Shown piece after piece: positions 45,135 through 54,608 of a stretch of DNA of 64,000 nucleotides. Within the stretch, counting starts at the first letter, position 1; every line of letters begins with the position of its first letter. The notes under the pieces were generated by a model that saw only the letters and a program-made list of their open reading frames with translations, made no database searches and was not told where the DNA came from. Source of the stretch: Longimicrobiales bacterium (GTDB taxonomy: Bacteria > Gemmatimonadota > Gemmatimonadetes > Longimicrobiales > Gaopeijiaceae); assembly GCA_965204735.1 (NCBI GenBank), contig OZ242008.1:3808001-3872000 (forward strand). The letters are read 5' to 3'. The translations under genes were made by a program, and so were the position numbers.

Positions 45135-45173
45135 ACTGGGGCGCCACCCGGCAAGGGGTGACGCCCCAGTTTT
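45135..45173. terminator. Strong hairpin/terminator downstream of the SusD-like gene
   Basis: ACTGGGGCGCCACCC / GGGTGACGCCCCAGT stem with T-rich flank. Confidence 0.65.
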
Positions 45174-45222
45174 GCTTCGGGACCCGAACGAGAGGCCGAC
45201 GCGGGCCGACCTCAGCGGCGCA

Positions 45223-46524
45223 TCACGACTTGGGCGCGCACCGTTTCGTCAGGTCGTTTTCGATGCTGTCGTTGAACAACGCCTCCGAGTCCGACATGGT
45301 GAACTTGGTGGGGCGTCCTGCGCCCGGCCGCTCGTTGTCGTCCAGCGGATCGAACACTGCTCGAGTCAACTCGAACCTGTGCAGGTCCACGGCGCGCTGG
45401 CCTTCCATGAACAGCTCGGCCAACCGTTCCGACAACAGGTAGTCCAGCATCGTCTGTGCGTCGGTGGGCGTCTCCAACGGCGGGAGCTCCACGGCCATGC
45501 GCAACTCGTTCAGCACTCCGGTGGCACCGGCGTAGTCGTTCGAGTTGTTGAGCATCGCCTCGGCCTCGATGAGCCGCATCAGGTCCGAGTGCACCATCGG
45601 AATGTCGTCGGGGCGGCTGTTGTACTTCCACTGGCTGTAGTGAGGCGTCTCGTTGTCGGTCGCCACCTCGCCGTCGAAGAACACGGGCATGCGCTTGTCG
45701 GGCTCGTCGCTCCATGCGTCCCGCATGTAGCCGGCCTTGTCGCTTTGCTCGATTCTGTCCCACAGCGTGTACATGAGGCCCGCCGCCTCGTTGAACGTCT
45801 TGGTCGTCAACGTGACGACCGAGTTGGTGCGCACGTCGTTGAAGCGAGCGTCGTACGAGAACCCGCTGCCCACGGCCGCGGCGTCCGACGCGGCGCCCGC
45901 CCAGTCGCCCAGCAGCGCCCTGGCCTGGGCCCTTCCGGCCTGCGACGCCCTCACGTAGTCGGACCGGCCGGCCGCCTGGGCCGTCTGCATGGCCGCGCCG
46001 AACCGATCGGCCGCAAGCTGCAGCGACTGCATGTCCGTGATCGCTGGGCCGCTGGGCTCGCCCACGGACTCGCAGAATGCCATGCCCATGTACAGCGCGG
46101 CAAAGGCGCCCGACATGCGGACCTGAGCCGTCAGCTCGCTGTTGGCCGCCTCCGCCTCTCCGAGGATCTCCCCGAAGCGGCGTTCGGCGTCCATGGCGGC
46201 CCATTGAACCCGCAGCCACGTGTTGTGGGCGCCGTCCAGGCCGCTCGTCCCGTACTGGAACCGACCGTGGTCCACCTCGTCGTAGTTTGACCACGTGCCG
46301 GTGTGCTGGTACACGTCGGAGAGCAGCGACTGGAAGGTCACGAAGTCGTCCACGGCGACGTGCAGGTTGCCTTCCACGCCGTTTGCGGTGGCAGGCAGTG
46401 CGTTGTTCACGTCTTCGGTCGTGTAGCGCTGGGGGTCCTGGACGGTCAGGAGCGACTCGCAGGCCGTCAGGGCCGCAACGGACGCCAGGGCCGTCGCCCA
46501 CCTCTTCGTCATGGTTCCTTTCAT
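45223..46524 (-). CDS. SusD/RagB-like outer-membrane lipoprotein
   Basis: Lipobox ALTAC, MAFCE, GRAQARALLGD, LMRLIEAEA, ERLAELFMEGQRAVDLHRF; directly after a SusC-like gene. Confidence 0.88.
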   Translation of the reverse strand: MKGTMTKRWATALASVAALTACESLLTVQDPQRYTTEDVNNALPATANGVEGNLHVAVDDFVTFQSLLSDVYQHTGTWSNYDEVDHGRFQYGTSGLDGAHNTWLRVQWAAMDAERRFGEILGEAEAANSELTAQVRMSGAFAALYMGMAFCESVGEPSGPAITDMQSLQLAADRFGAAMQTAQAAGRSDYVRASQAGRAQARALLGDWAGAASDAAAVGSGFSYDARFNDVRTNSVVTLTTKTFNEAAGLMYTLWDRIEQSDKAGYMRDAWSDEPDKRMPVFFDGEVATDNETPHYSQWKYNSRPDDIPMVHSDLMRLIEAEAMLNNSNDYAGATGVLNELRMAVELPPLETPTDAQTMLDYLLSERLAELFMEGQRAVDLHRFELTRAVFDPLDDNERPGAGRPTKFTMSDSEALFNDSIENDLTKRCAPKS

Positions 46525-46527
46525 TTG

Positions 46528-49512
46528 CTAGAACCTCGTCTTGAAGGTGAGCTTGAACTGCCGCGGCTGCGGAACCCCCAGGAAGGGAGACGTCGCGAAG
46601 TCTCGGCCTCCTTGGTAGAGCTGGTTGGGGTCCGGGCAGTTGCAGTCGTCCCACCAATGCAGGTTGTAGCCCGAAAGGGTGAGGGTCGAACGCGAGAGGC
46701 CCAGAGACCCTGTAAGAGATTCGGGCAACGTGTACGACACCGATATCTCCTGCAGCCGGACGTTGTCGCGGGAATCCACGGGGTACACGAGCCGATGCCG
46801 GTTCAACACCGAGTCGCTCGCCGGCGTCGACTCGCCGGTGGGGGCGACGAGGTGCATCAGGTACTCGTCATACGCCAGCTGACGAACGCCGTAGCCCCTG
46901 TCGCTGTTGCGCATCGACGCCCCCCACTCGCCCCGTACTTGGACGGCTACGCGCAACGACTGCCCGATGGCGAAGTCGCTGTTGAGCGACGCCATGTGAT
47001 CCGGGAAGCCCTGTCCCTTGTACAGGCTGTAGACGGAGCGGACGTGTCTTCTCGTTGATGGATCCCATCCGAGAATCGCACGGTCGATGATGTCGCTGAT
47101 CGGGAAACCTTCCCAGTAGGTGCCCAGGCGCGTGTGCTGCGTCCAGCCGACCAGCTCGGTGCCCTCGTAGATGGGCAGCGAATCGGGGATGGCCGTCTCG
47201 CCGAGATCAAGGACTTCGTTGTGGATCCACTCGTAGTTGACGCCTGTGGACCAACGGAAGTCGCTCCGGTCCAGAATGGTGCCCCGCACGGCGAGCTCCA
47301 CGCCCATGTTGAGGATCTTCCCCGTGTTGCGCAGCTGGCTGTCGGAGAAACCTTCGCTCGGAGGCAGGGGAATGTCCAGCAAGGCGTTGCTCGTGGTTGC
47401 ATGCCAGTACGTGGCGTCGACCCCGATGCGATCTTCCATCAAGCCCAGGTCCAGGCCAGCTTCGTACTCGACCTTGATCTCGGGCTCCAGATCGGCGTTG
47501 CCCGGGTTGCTCGGGGAAACGCCGGGCACGTCGTCCAGGACCGTAATGGGAACGAAGGTCTGGAACTGGTCGAAGGCTCCGGGCGCCTTTCCTCCCAAGC
47601 CCACCGCCCCTCTGAGCTTTGCGCTGCTGATGAAGCCGGGCAGAACGTCCTCGTTGAGGTTGTAGGCCACATCCGCCTTCGGGTACACCTGGAAGCCGTA
47701 GTTCTCTCCGAAGGCGCTGTTGCCGTCCACGCGGACTGCCGCCGTCACGAAGAGGTCGTCTCCGATGTCGAACCTGTTCTGGCCGAAGAAGCCAAGGTTG
47801 ATCTCTTCAAGAGACGTCTCGGCGCCGAAAGTCTCCGCCGCGCCGCTTACGGTGGTGACGCCCGATCCGGCAAACGTTCTCCCCGTCGCCATCGTGTACG
47901 ACTGGGTCTCCCAGTAGCCTTGGGCGCCGAAGGCGAAGCTGGCCGCAACGTTGCCCAGGAAGGGGATGTCGTAGTCCAGGTTTCCGACGTAGTCCCCCGT
48001 GAAGTTGCGGACGCGTCGGTAGCCGATGTTCCTCTCGCCGTCCCTGCCGATGTAGGTGTAGTGACGCCCGAACGGCATGTAGCGGGTCTTCTCGTCAGCG
48101 ACGGCGTCCAGCCCAATCGTCATCTTGTGGCTGAAGTACGGCCTCGGATTGTACTGCAGAGTCACGGAACCTTGCCAACGGTCTGCGTCCGAGTACGTCT
48201 GGAGGGCCCTGGCGTCCTCCACGTTCACGTCCAACCCTCCGCCGTAGGGCTCCTCGGCGGTGGCGTTGAGCGGGTTCGTCAGCATGGCGTTGGTGTAGAT
48301 GCCCAGCCAGTTGTTGCCCGACTGAAGCGAGTAGATTCGGTTCCGAACGTAGCCCGAGGTGACGCCGACGGTCAGGTTGTCGCCGGCCGTCCAGTTGAGG
48401 TTCAGCCGCAGGTTGGCCCGCTTCTGATCGTTGGGCTTGATCGAGCCCTCTTCGTAGCTGAATCCGCCGGCCACGAAGTACGTCACGTTCTCCCCCCCCC
48501 CGTCGACGGTGAGGTCGTAGCTGTTGATCAAGCCGTTCTCGATCAGGGACTCGTTGGGGTCGAGCGCTACCGTGCCGTCGGCGCCCCTGAAGTTCGAGCG
48601 CAGCGAGGTCGGGAAGTTCGCCCGGTGGCGGTTGATCCCCACGCTGCTGGAGAAGGTGAACTGGGCCGGCGTGTTGTTCCGGCCCCGCTTGGTGAAGATC
48701 TGGATGACGCCGCCGGACGCTTCCGAGCCGTAGAGGGTCGCGGCGGCCGGCCCCTTCAAGACCTCGACCCGATCGATCTCGTCGGGATTGAGGTCGGAAA
48801 GCCGGTCTTCGCCCGCTCCGCCGCTGAACGCGCAGCACGTCGTCCGCATGGAGGTGTTGTTCGTGCCGCTCCCCCACTCCGACCCCCGCGTGTCGACCCG
48901 GATGCCGTCGATGTAGATGACGGGGCGCTGGCCCAACTGGAAGGAGTCCATGCCCCTCACCGTCAGGACGCGGCCGGCGCCGACGCCCCCAACGGAGCCG
49001 ATGGACCGGACGCCGGGGATTCGGCCCTCCAGGGCTTGGCTGAAGCCGTCGAGAGGAACCGTCTCGGAGATGCTGGCCACGTCCAAGGACGCCGCGGACA
49101 CGCCGAGCTTGCGACGCTCGACGGCGCCGGCGGTGCCGGTGACGATGATCTCGTCCAGGTCCACGGCCGAGACCTCCAGGCTGAACTCGATCGTCGCCGA
49201 GCCCCCGGAGGACACCGTGACCTGCTGCGTCTGCGTGCCGTAGCCCACGTGAACGGCCTGGACCGTGTACGTTCCCGGCGGCACGCGCGTGATGAGGAAA
49301 CGGCCGTTGACGTTGGACAGCCCACCGAGCTGGGTGTCCATGACGGAGATCTGGGTGCCGTTGATCGGCTGCCCAGTCGTTGCCGCGTTGACCGAGCCCG
49401 TGATCGTCCCGTCCTGGGCGGCGACGCCGACCGGCAGGGCGAGGATCAGGGCCGCGGCCGCGGCCAGGAGGGAGGAGAGTCCTCCCCCGATGAGGTTGTA
49501 GCGTTGGGTCAT
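46528..49512 (-). CDS. SusC/RagA-like TonB-dependent receptor
   Basis: LDEIIVTGT, PVIYIDGIR, DLNPDEIDRVEVLKGPAAATLYGSEASGGVIQIFTKRG, GNADLEPE, terminal Phe. Confidence 0.95.
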   Translation of the reverse strand: MTQRYNLIGGGLSSLLAAAAALILALPVGVAAQDGTITGSVNAATTGQPINGTQISVMDTQLGGLSNVNGRFLITRVPPGTYTVQAVHVGYGTQTQQVTVSSGGSATIEFSLEVSAVDLDEIIVTGTAGAVERRKLGVSAASLDVASISETVPLDGFSQALEGRIPGVRSIGSVGGVGAGRVLTVRGMDSFQLGQRPVIYIDGIRVDTRGSEWGSGTNNTSMRTTCCAFSGGAGEDRLSDLNPDEIDRVEVLKGPAAATLYGSEASGGVIQIFTKRGRNNTPAQFTFSSSVGINRHRANFPTSLRSNFRGADGTVALDPNESLIENGLINSYDLTVDGGGENVTYFVAGGFSYEEGSIKPNDQKRANLRLNLNWTAGDNLTVGVTSGYVRNRIYSLQSGNNWLGIYTNAMLTNPLNATAEEPYGGGLDVNVEDARALQTYSDADRWQGSVTLQYNPRPYFSHKMTIGLDAVADEKTRYMPFGRHYTYIGRDGERNIGYRRVRNFTGDYVGNLDYDIPFLGNVAASFAFGAQGYWETQSYTMATGRTFAGSGVTTVSGAAETFGAETSLEEINLGFFGQNRFDIGDDLFVTAAVRVDGNSAFGENYGFQVYPKADVAYNLNEDVLPGFISSAKLRGAVGLGGKAPGAFDQFQTFVPITVLDDVPGVSPSNPGNADLEPEIKVEYEAGLDLGLMEDRIGVDATYWHATTSNALLDIPLPPSEGFSDSQLRNTGKILNMGVELAVRGTILDRSDFRWSTGVNYEWIHNEVLDLGETAIPDSLPIYEGTELVGWTQHTRLGTYWEGFPISDIIDRAILGWDPSTRRHVRSVYSLYKGQGFPDHMASLNSDFAIGQSLRVAVQVRGEWGASMRNSDRGYGVRQLAYDEYLMHLVAPTGESTPASDSVLNRHRLVYPVDSRDNVRLQEISVSYTLPESLTGSLGLSRSTLTLSGYNLHWWDDCNCPDPNQLYQGGRDFATSPFLGVPQPRQFKLTFKTRF

Positions 49513-49645
49513 GTCGCCTGTCCTTTCGGTTGGATGACTGCCGGCGGAGTGAACGGGCAAGCCCCGTGCTCCGCCTCGCTACCGAGTGGATGCATGGTAC
49601 TGCACCTTGGCGCAATGCGCCAGCCGGGGCCCGGCGATGCGTCGG

Positions 49646-50653
49646 TCAGAACGCTTCCCCCAGCCCCTCCGCCACTCGTTCCGCAAGGGCCGTGACCGCC
49701 GCTGCCAGGATTCGGGTGCGCTCGCTCCTGATGTAGTAGGGGTCGCGTTCGGCGGAGTCGTCGCGGAAGAGCTCCACGAAGCCCAGAACGTCCTCGTCCT
49801 CGTCGTAGTACTCGACTCGGAGCAGGCTTCGCAGGCGGTCGGCGGGCGGCAGCGAGTCGTACCCCGCGATCGCCAGCTGGTCCACGCGCTGCATGAAGTT
49901 GCCGAAGCCGGCGTCGGGCGCTTCTCCGTCGGCTGCCGCCCACTCGCCGGACTCGAGCCGGTCCATCGTCCGGGAGCGGCCGACGGCCTCTGGTTGGTTC
50001 GCGCCGGCGTCTTCGTCGCCCTCCGGGGCGTCGCCGACGGTCACCCGAACGCGGGCCACCTCGTCGGCCGGGTAGTGGTGGAGCCAGCGTTCCCGGAGCG
50101 AGCCTTCGCCGATCGCCAGCGGTCGCACCACGTCTCCAGGGAGCACGTAGCCCGAGCCGCCGGCCTGGGAGCCGTCCGTGGGGACCGGCTGAAGAGCGTA
50201 GCGGTGGGAGCCGCCGCCAAAGGTCGTGTCCCCCAGGATCAGCAGCCGTTCGTCGTCGTCGAACGCCACCGCGATCTGCTCTGCCGAGCCGTCCAGGCCG
50301 AAGCGGGCCTCCTGCTCCGGCGAGAGCGGCCCCAGGTCGCGGATCACCCGGAGGGCGGCCAGGCGCGCCACCACCGTGTGGCCCGACGCGCCCACCGGGA
50401 ACTCCAGCGTGTCGCGCCCTTCGTTCTCGATCTCGGTCCCCCACAGGAACGCGCCTCCGTCGTCCTCTCGGCGCCGGATCACGACCTCCTTCTCCGAGGA
50501 GCGGTAGCGGACCATTGCGACGGCCGTGGTGTCCTGCTCCCACGCCAGCGCCCGGTTCCGGTCCTCCTCCCGCACTTCGTCCCGAGTCCACGTCTGGAAC
50601 GCCCACACGGCCGCCGCGGCCAGGAGGATCCCGTGAATCCGCGCGCCCTTCAC
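49646..50653 (-). CDS. DUF4340-like membrane-anchored periplasmic protein
   Basis: N-terminal TM; ARFGLD, LILGDTTFGGGSHRY, LRER; last gene of a GldA/F/G-like operon. Confidence 0.7.
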   Translation of the reverse strand: MKGARIHGILLAAAAVWAFQTWTRDEVREEDRNRALAWEQDTTAVAMVRYRSSEKEVVIRRREDDGGAFLWGTEIENEGRDTLEFPVGASGHTVVARLAALRVIRDLGPLSPEQEARFGLDGSAEQIAVAFDDDERLLILGDTTFGGGSHRYALQPVPTDGSQAGGSGYVLPGDVVRPLAIGEGSLRERWLHHYPADEVARVRVTVGDAPEGDEDAGANQPEAVGRSRTMDRLESGEWAAADGEAPDAGFGNFMQRVDQLAIAGYDSLPPADRLRSLLRVEYYDEDEDVLGFVELFRDDSAERDPYYIRSERTRILAAAVTALAERVAEGLGEAF

Positions 50654-52782
50654 GACTTCGGCCCCCGCTTGGCGCGCCGGGCGTAGAGGGCCGTCGCCCC
50701 GCCAGCCAGCACCAGCCCGGGCGCGCCGAAGATGATCGCGTAGAACCACGCCACGTCTTCCGAACGGGTGTGGAGGACCGGCACGTCCTCTTCCGAGACG
50801 ACCTCGCCGGAGAACGCTTCCTCCTTGCCCAGCCAGCGGATGCCGTCGGCCACCAGGGCGGCGTTGAGCTGGAGGCTGACCAGCACCCGGTCGGCGAAGA
50901 TCTCGGCGTCGCCGTAGACCAGCGCCCGCATTCCGGGCGGGGGCCGGCTGGGGCCGTCGGGGTCGGGTTGGAGATCGGTCGGACCGGCCTGGAGGTCCTC
51001 CGCGACCGCCGCCGCGGTCGTGTCCGCCGTCGCGTCCGCTCCCGGCTCCGCGGCTGCGTCCGCCGACTCCTCGGCCGGGGTCTCGTCGGGAGCTTCCCGC
51101 TCCACCGCGATCGCCACGGCCAAGCTCTCCCGCGTCTCGTCCTCTTCGTCGAAGCGGAAGTCTCCGTTCCGGTCGGCGAAGCTGGAGCGCATGGTGCGGA
51201 CCACCAGCGAGTGGCGGAGTCCCTGCGCGTCGGCGGCGGGCGCCAGGACTTCGGCGCCCAGCATCAGGACGCCCCCGCCTCCTCCCCGGCGGCTCAGGGT
51301 GGTCACCGACGGGTGAGCGGAGAAGCGGTTGGCCACGATGAGGCGGCGGTCGGCGGGCGTGCCGGTCTCGCGCATGTGGTTCCGGTCGTCCACCACCGTC
51401 ACCGGATCGTGCTCGATTCCCAGGCGGCGCCGGAAGTCGCCGATGCGGAACTCGGAGCCGGACTCCAGCGCCACCAGCAGCGATCCGCCCCGGTCCAGGT
51501 ACTCCCGCACCGCGCCGGCCTCCGAGTCGAAGAACGGCCGCTGGGGTCCCAGGATCATGAGGACGGCGGCGTCGTCGGGGATCGCGTCGCCCAACCCTTC
51601 CCGCAACCCCAGATCGCGGACGTCGTAGTTCAGGAGCTCGAGGATCCGGCGAAGCACCGGAAGCGGCGGCTCGCGGGGTCCCCGGGGAGCGTCGCGGGGC
51701 ATCCACGGCTCCCGGGGCTCGTTGCGGGGGGCCAGGGAGTCCTGGGCCAGGGGGTCGTTCATCTCGCCGTGGCCGGTGGTCAGGTAGGCGACGCGGCGGC
51801 CCCGGGCCAAGAGGAGGAGCGCCTGCTGGACCAAGCCGTCCAGGACGCGAAGGCGGCCCCGGGCGTCGTCGAGCTCCGCGGAGAGGGCGATCTGCTCCGT
51901 GCGTTCGCCCACGCGGAGGAAGACCTGACCGTCGGTGCGTGCGCCCCACTCGGCGGCGGCAACGGGGTCGGCGAAGCGGTCGTGCTCCTCCACAGCGACG
52001 TTGCCGGTGGCGGCCGCCAGCGTCTGCACGTAGGTGCGCACCTGCTCTCCCACCGGGTTCAGGGGCGGGAAGAAGAGGGCGACTTGAAGCTGCCCGTCCA
52101 GGTTGCGGACGACGTCGCGGGTGGCTTCGCCCGGGGTGGCGGTCTTGAAGTAGCTGAAGTCGAGGGTCTGGTTGCGCTCGGCCGCGACGTAGCCGAACAG
52201 CATGAGGGCGGCGCCGGCCAGGGCCAGGCTGAAGGCGTTGGCGGCGGTCTCGCGGATGCGGAGGGCGTCGACGTGGAAGGCGTCGGGGGAGGCGGCGGCG
52301 TGGGCGCGCTGGTCGCTGTCGCCGGCGGGGCCGGAGTGGGCTTCGTCTTCGGCGGCGGGGCCGGAACCGGCTTGGCCGCCCTTCTTGGCCGCCCAGTGGG
52401 CAGCCAGCGCGGGAAGGGCCGAGCAGGCGATCAAGATCGACGAAGCGGCCAGGAAGAACCGTCGCACCCGGCGCTCTTCCCGGAAGCCGCCCAGGTCCAG
52501 GCCCAGCCACTCGACGCCGTCCTGGGTGCCCGGCAGGAAGCCGGCGAGGGCCAAGACGCAGCCCAGGCACGAGAGGGCGAAGACGGCCTCGGTGGAGCGG
52601 AGGCCGCCCGCCGGAGCGCTGCGCCACGCGAGCACGCGGAGGACGGCCGCGGCGAGGACGGCCGCGACGCCGGCAAGGATCGTCGGCAAGCGGAGGGCAG
52701 GGGTCCCGTCGAAGACTCGGACGCCGGCGAAGACCGCGGCCAATCCCCCGAAGAGAAGCCAAGTCGTCCAGAGGCGCCTCAC
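50650..52782 (-). CDS. GldG-like ABC auxiliary component
   Basis: N-terminal TMs; AYLTTGHGE, IPDDAAVLMILGPQRPF..E....YLDRGGSLLVALE, LVYGDAEIFAD, IRWL, C-terminal TM. Confidence 0.85.
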   Translation of the reverse strand: MRRLWTTWLLFGGLAAVFAGVRVFDGTPALRLPTILAGVAAVLAAAVLRVLAWRSAPAGGLRSTEAVFALSCLGCVLALAGFLPGTQDGVEWLGLDLGGFREERRVRRFFLAASSILIACSALPALAAHWAAKKGGQAGSGPAAEDEAHSGPAGDSDQRAHAAASPDAFHVDALRIRETAANAFSLALAGAALMLFGYVAAERNQTLDFSYFKTATPGEATRDVVRNLDGQLQVALFFPPLNPVGEQVRTYVQTLAAATGNVAVEEHDRFADPVAAAEWGARTDGQVFLRVGERTEQIALSAELDDARGRLRVLDGLVQQALLLLARGRRVAYLTTGHGEMNDPLAQDSLAPRNEPREPWMPRDAPRGPREPPLPVLRRILELLNYDVRDLGLREGLGDAIPDDAAVLMILGPQRPFFDSEAGAVREYLDRGGSLLVALESGSEFRIGDFRRRLGIEHDPVTVVDDRNHMRETGTPADRRLIVANRFSAHPSVTTLSRRGGGGGVLMLGAEVLAPAADAQGLRHSLVVRTMRSSFADRNGDFRFDEEDETRESLAVAIAVEREAPDETPAEESADAAAEPGADATADTTAAAVAEDLQAGPTDLQPDPDGPSRPPPGMRALVYGDAEIFADRVLVSLQLNAALVADGIRWLGKEEAFSGEVVSEEDVPVLHTRSEDVAWFYAIIFGAPGLVLAGGATALYARRAKRGPKS

Positions 52783-53516
52783 TCCCATCGCTTCGCCTCC
52801 ATGACCTTGGTGGCCGCGTACAGGAAGAAGTAGGTGAGGGCCAGGTAGTACACCACGTCGCGGAGGTGGAAGAGGCCCGACTGGAAGCCGGCGAAGTGGC
52901 GGCCGTGGATCGCCAGGGCGGCGAAGACCCGGGACACCGGCGGCCCCACGATGCGGGAGAGGGGCCAGAGGAGGAAGAGCGTTCCCGTCAGGACCGACGC
53001 CGTGGCCGCGGCGACCAGCTGGTGGCGCGTGAGGGCGGAGGCGAAGAGGCCGACGGCCAGCACCGCACCGCCGATGAGGGCGAGCCCCAGGTACCCGGTG
53101 AGGACGTGGGCCACCGAGACCTTGCCGTTCACCAGGATCAGCAGGGGCATGTAGAGGGTGGCCAGGTTGATGGCGGCGAGGAACGCCAGCGCGGAGAGGA
53201 ACTTGCCCAGAACGACCTCCCAGTCGCGCACGGGCGAGGTGTCCAGCAGGAGCTGGGTGCCGGTCTGGCGTTCTTCGGCGACGAGCCGGATCGAGAGCGC
53301 CACCGCGGCGATCGCGGTGAGGCCGCTGGCGTTGTAGAAGAAGCCGGCCAGGACCTGTCCCGAAAGGCGCTCGCCGGCGGACGGGCCCAGCGCCTGGGCG
53401 TAGAAGAGAAGGCCGTCGAGCAGCAGCACCGCCGCCGCGACGATGCAGCCCATCGGCGAGCGGACGTAGGCGCCGAACTCGCGGCGGAAGACGACGCCGG
53501 TCGCGCCCGTGCTCAT
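52779..53516 (-). CDS. GldF-like ABC-2 permease
   Basis: RREFGAYVRSP, AEERQTGTQLLLDTSPV...VVLGKFL, GLFASALT..Q, DVVYYL. Confidence 0.9.
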   Translation of the reverse strand: MSTGATGVVFRREFGAYVRSPMGCIVAAAVLLLDGLLFYAQALGPSAGERLSGQVLAGFFYNASGLTAIAAVALSIRLVAEERQTGTQLLLDTSPVRDWEVVLGKFLSALAFLAAINLATLYMPLLILVNGKVSVAHVLTGYLGLALIGGAVLAVGLFASALTRHQLVAAATASVLTGTLFLLWPLSRIVGPPVSRVFAALAIHGRHFAGFQSGLFHLRDVVYYLALTYFFLYAATKVMEAKRWE

Positions 53517-54514
53517 GAGCGAGCGGCTCCGTTCGTGGCCCCGGCCCGTGCGTCGGCGCCCCCGACCAAGCCGACGAAGACCCGCTCCAGCTCCCGTTCG
53601 GCGCGCGCCAGGGCCACGACGTCGTGACCGGCCTCCACCAGGGCGCGGCAGACGGCGGCGCGCAGGTCGTCGTCGCCTTCCACATGGTAGGCGAGCGCCT
53701 GCGCTTCCAGACGGCGACGGATCGGCGGCGCGGGCTCGACGCGGGTCACGCCGGGAACGGCGGCGATCACGGCTTCCGGGTCGGCCCGGGTCGGCTGCGC
53801 GTCGCCGGCGTCGGCTCGAACCGTCACCGCCAAGCGGCGCGAGCGCAGAAGGCCTTCGCCCAGCTCGGCCTCGGTGCCCGAAGCCACGATCTCGCCGTCG
53901 TTCAGCACCAGCAGGCGGTCGCAGGTCTCGCTGATCTCCGGAAGGATGTGGCTCGAGATGAGGATCGTGTGGGAATCCTTCAGCTCCTGGATCATCCCCC
54001 GCATCTCCATGATCTGGACCGGGTCCAGGTCGTGGGTCGGCTCGTCGAGGATCAGAAGCTCGGGGTCGTGGATGATCGCCTGGGCCACGCCGACGCGCTG
54101 GCGGTACCCCTGGGATAGGTGGCGGGCCAGGACGCCGTGGACTTCCGAGACCCGCGCGTGCTCCTCCACTTCCGGCACCCGGCGCGCGACCGCTTCCCTG
54201 GACATGCCCTTGATCCGCCCCGCGAAGGCCAGGTAGTCGCCTACGGTCATGTCTCCGTAGACGGGCGGCGTTTCCGGCAGGTAGCCCACCCTCTTGCGGA
54301 CCTCGTGGGGTTCCCGGAGCGCGTCCAGCCCGTCGATGCGGACCGTGCCCGACGACGGGCGGAGGCCGCAGGCGAGGATGCGCAGCAGCGTGGTCTTGCC
54401 TACGCCGTTGAGGCCCAGAAAGCCCACCGTGTCGCCCTGGGCGATCTCGAAGGACACGGGGCCCAGGGCCCGCTTGGGGCCGTAGTACTTGGTGACGCCG
54501 TCTAGGTGGACCAT
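53513..54514 (-). CDS. GldA-like ABC ATP-binding protein
   Basis: GLNGVGKTT, GYLPETPPVY, LSQGYRQRVGVAQA, LDEPT, SSHILPE. Confidence 0.93.
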   Translation of the reverse strand: MVHLDGVTKYYGPKRALGPVSFEIAQGDTVGFLGLNGVGKTTLLRILACGLRPSSGTVRIDGLDALREPHEVRKRVGYLPETPPVYGDMTVGDYLAFAGRIKGMSREAVARRVPEVEEHARVSEVHGVLARHLSQGYRQRVGVAQAIIHDPELLILDEPTHDLDPVQIMEMRGMIQELKDSHTILISSHILPEISETCDRLLVLNDGEIVASGTEAELGEGLLRSRRLAVTVRADAGDAQPTRADPEAVIAAVPGVTRVEPAPPIRRRLEAQALAYHVEGDDDLRAAVCRALVEAGHDVVALARAERELERVFVGLVGGADARAGATNGAARS

Positions 54515-54608
54515 GGTGTGGTAATCTCGGGCTTGTCGAAACTTACTTTCAAGCCCCTGTGGATACCGGTGGCGGCGTTTCCGCTGCGCGCCGAGCGCGG
54601 AAAGACCG

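Noticed and set aside
50650..54514. Calling the Gld-like genes a gliding motility locus
   Set aside because: No motor or T9SS genes are present; the family is widespread outside gliding bacteria
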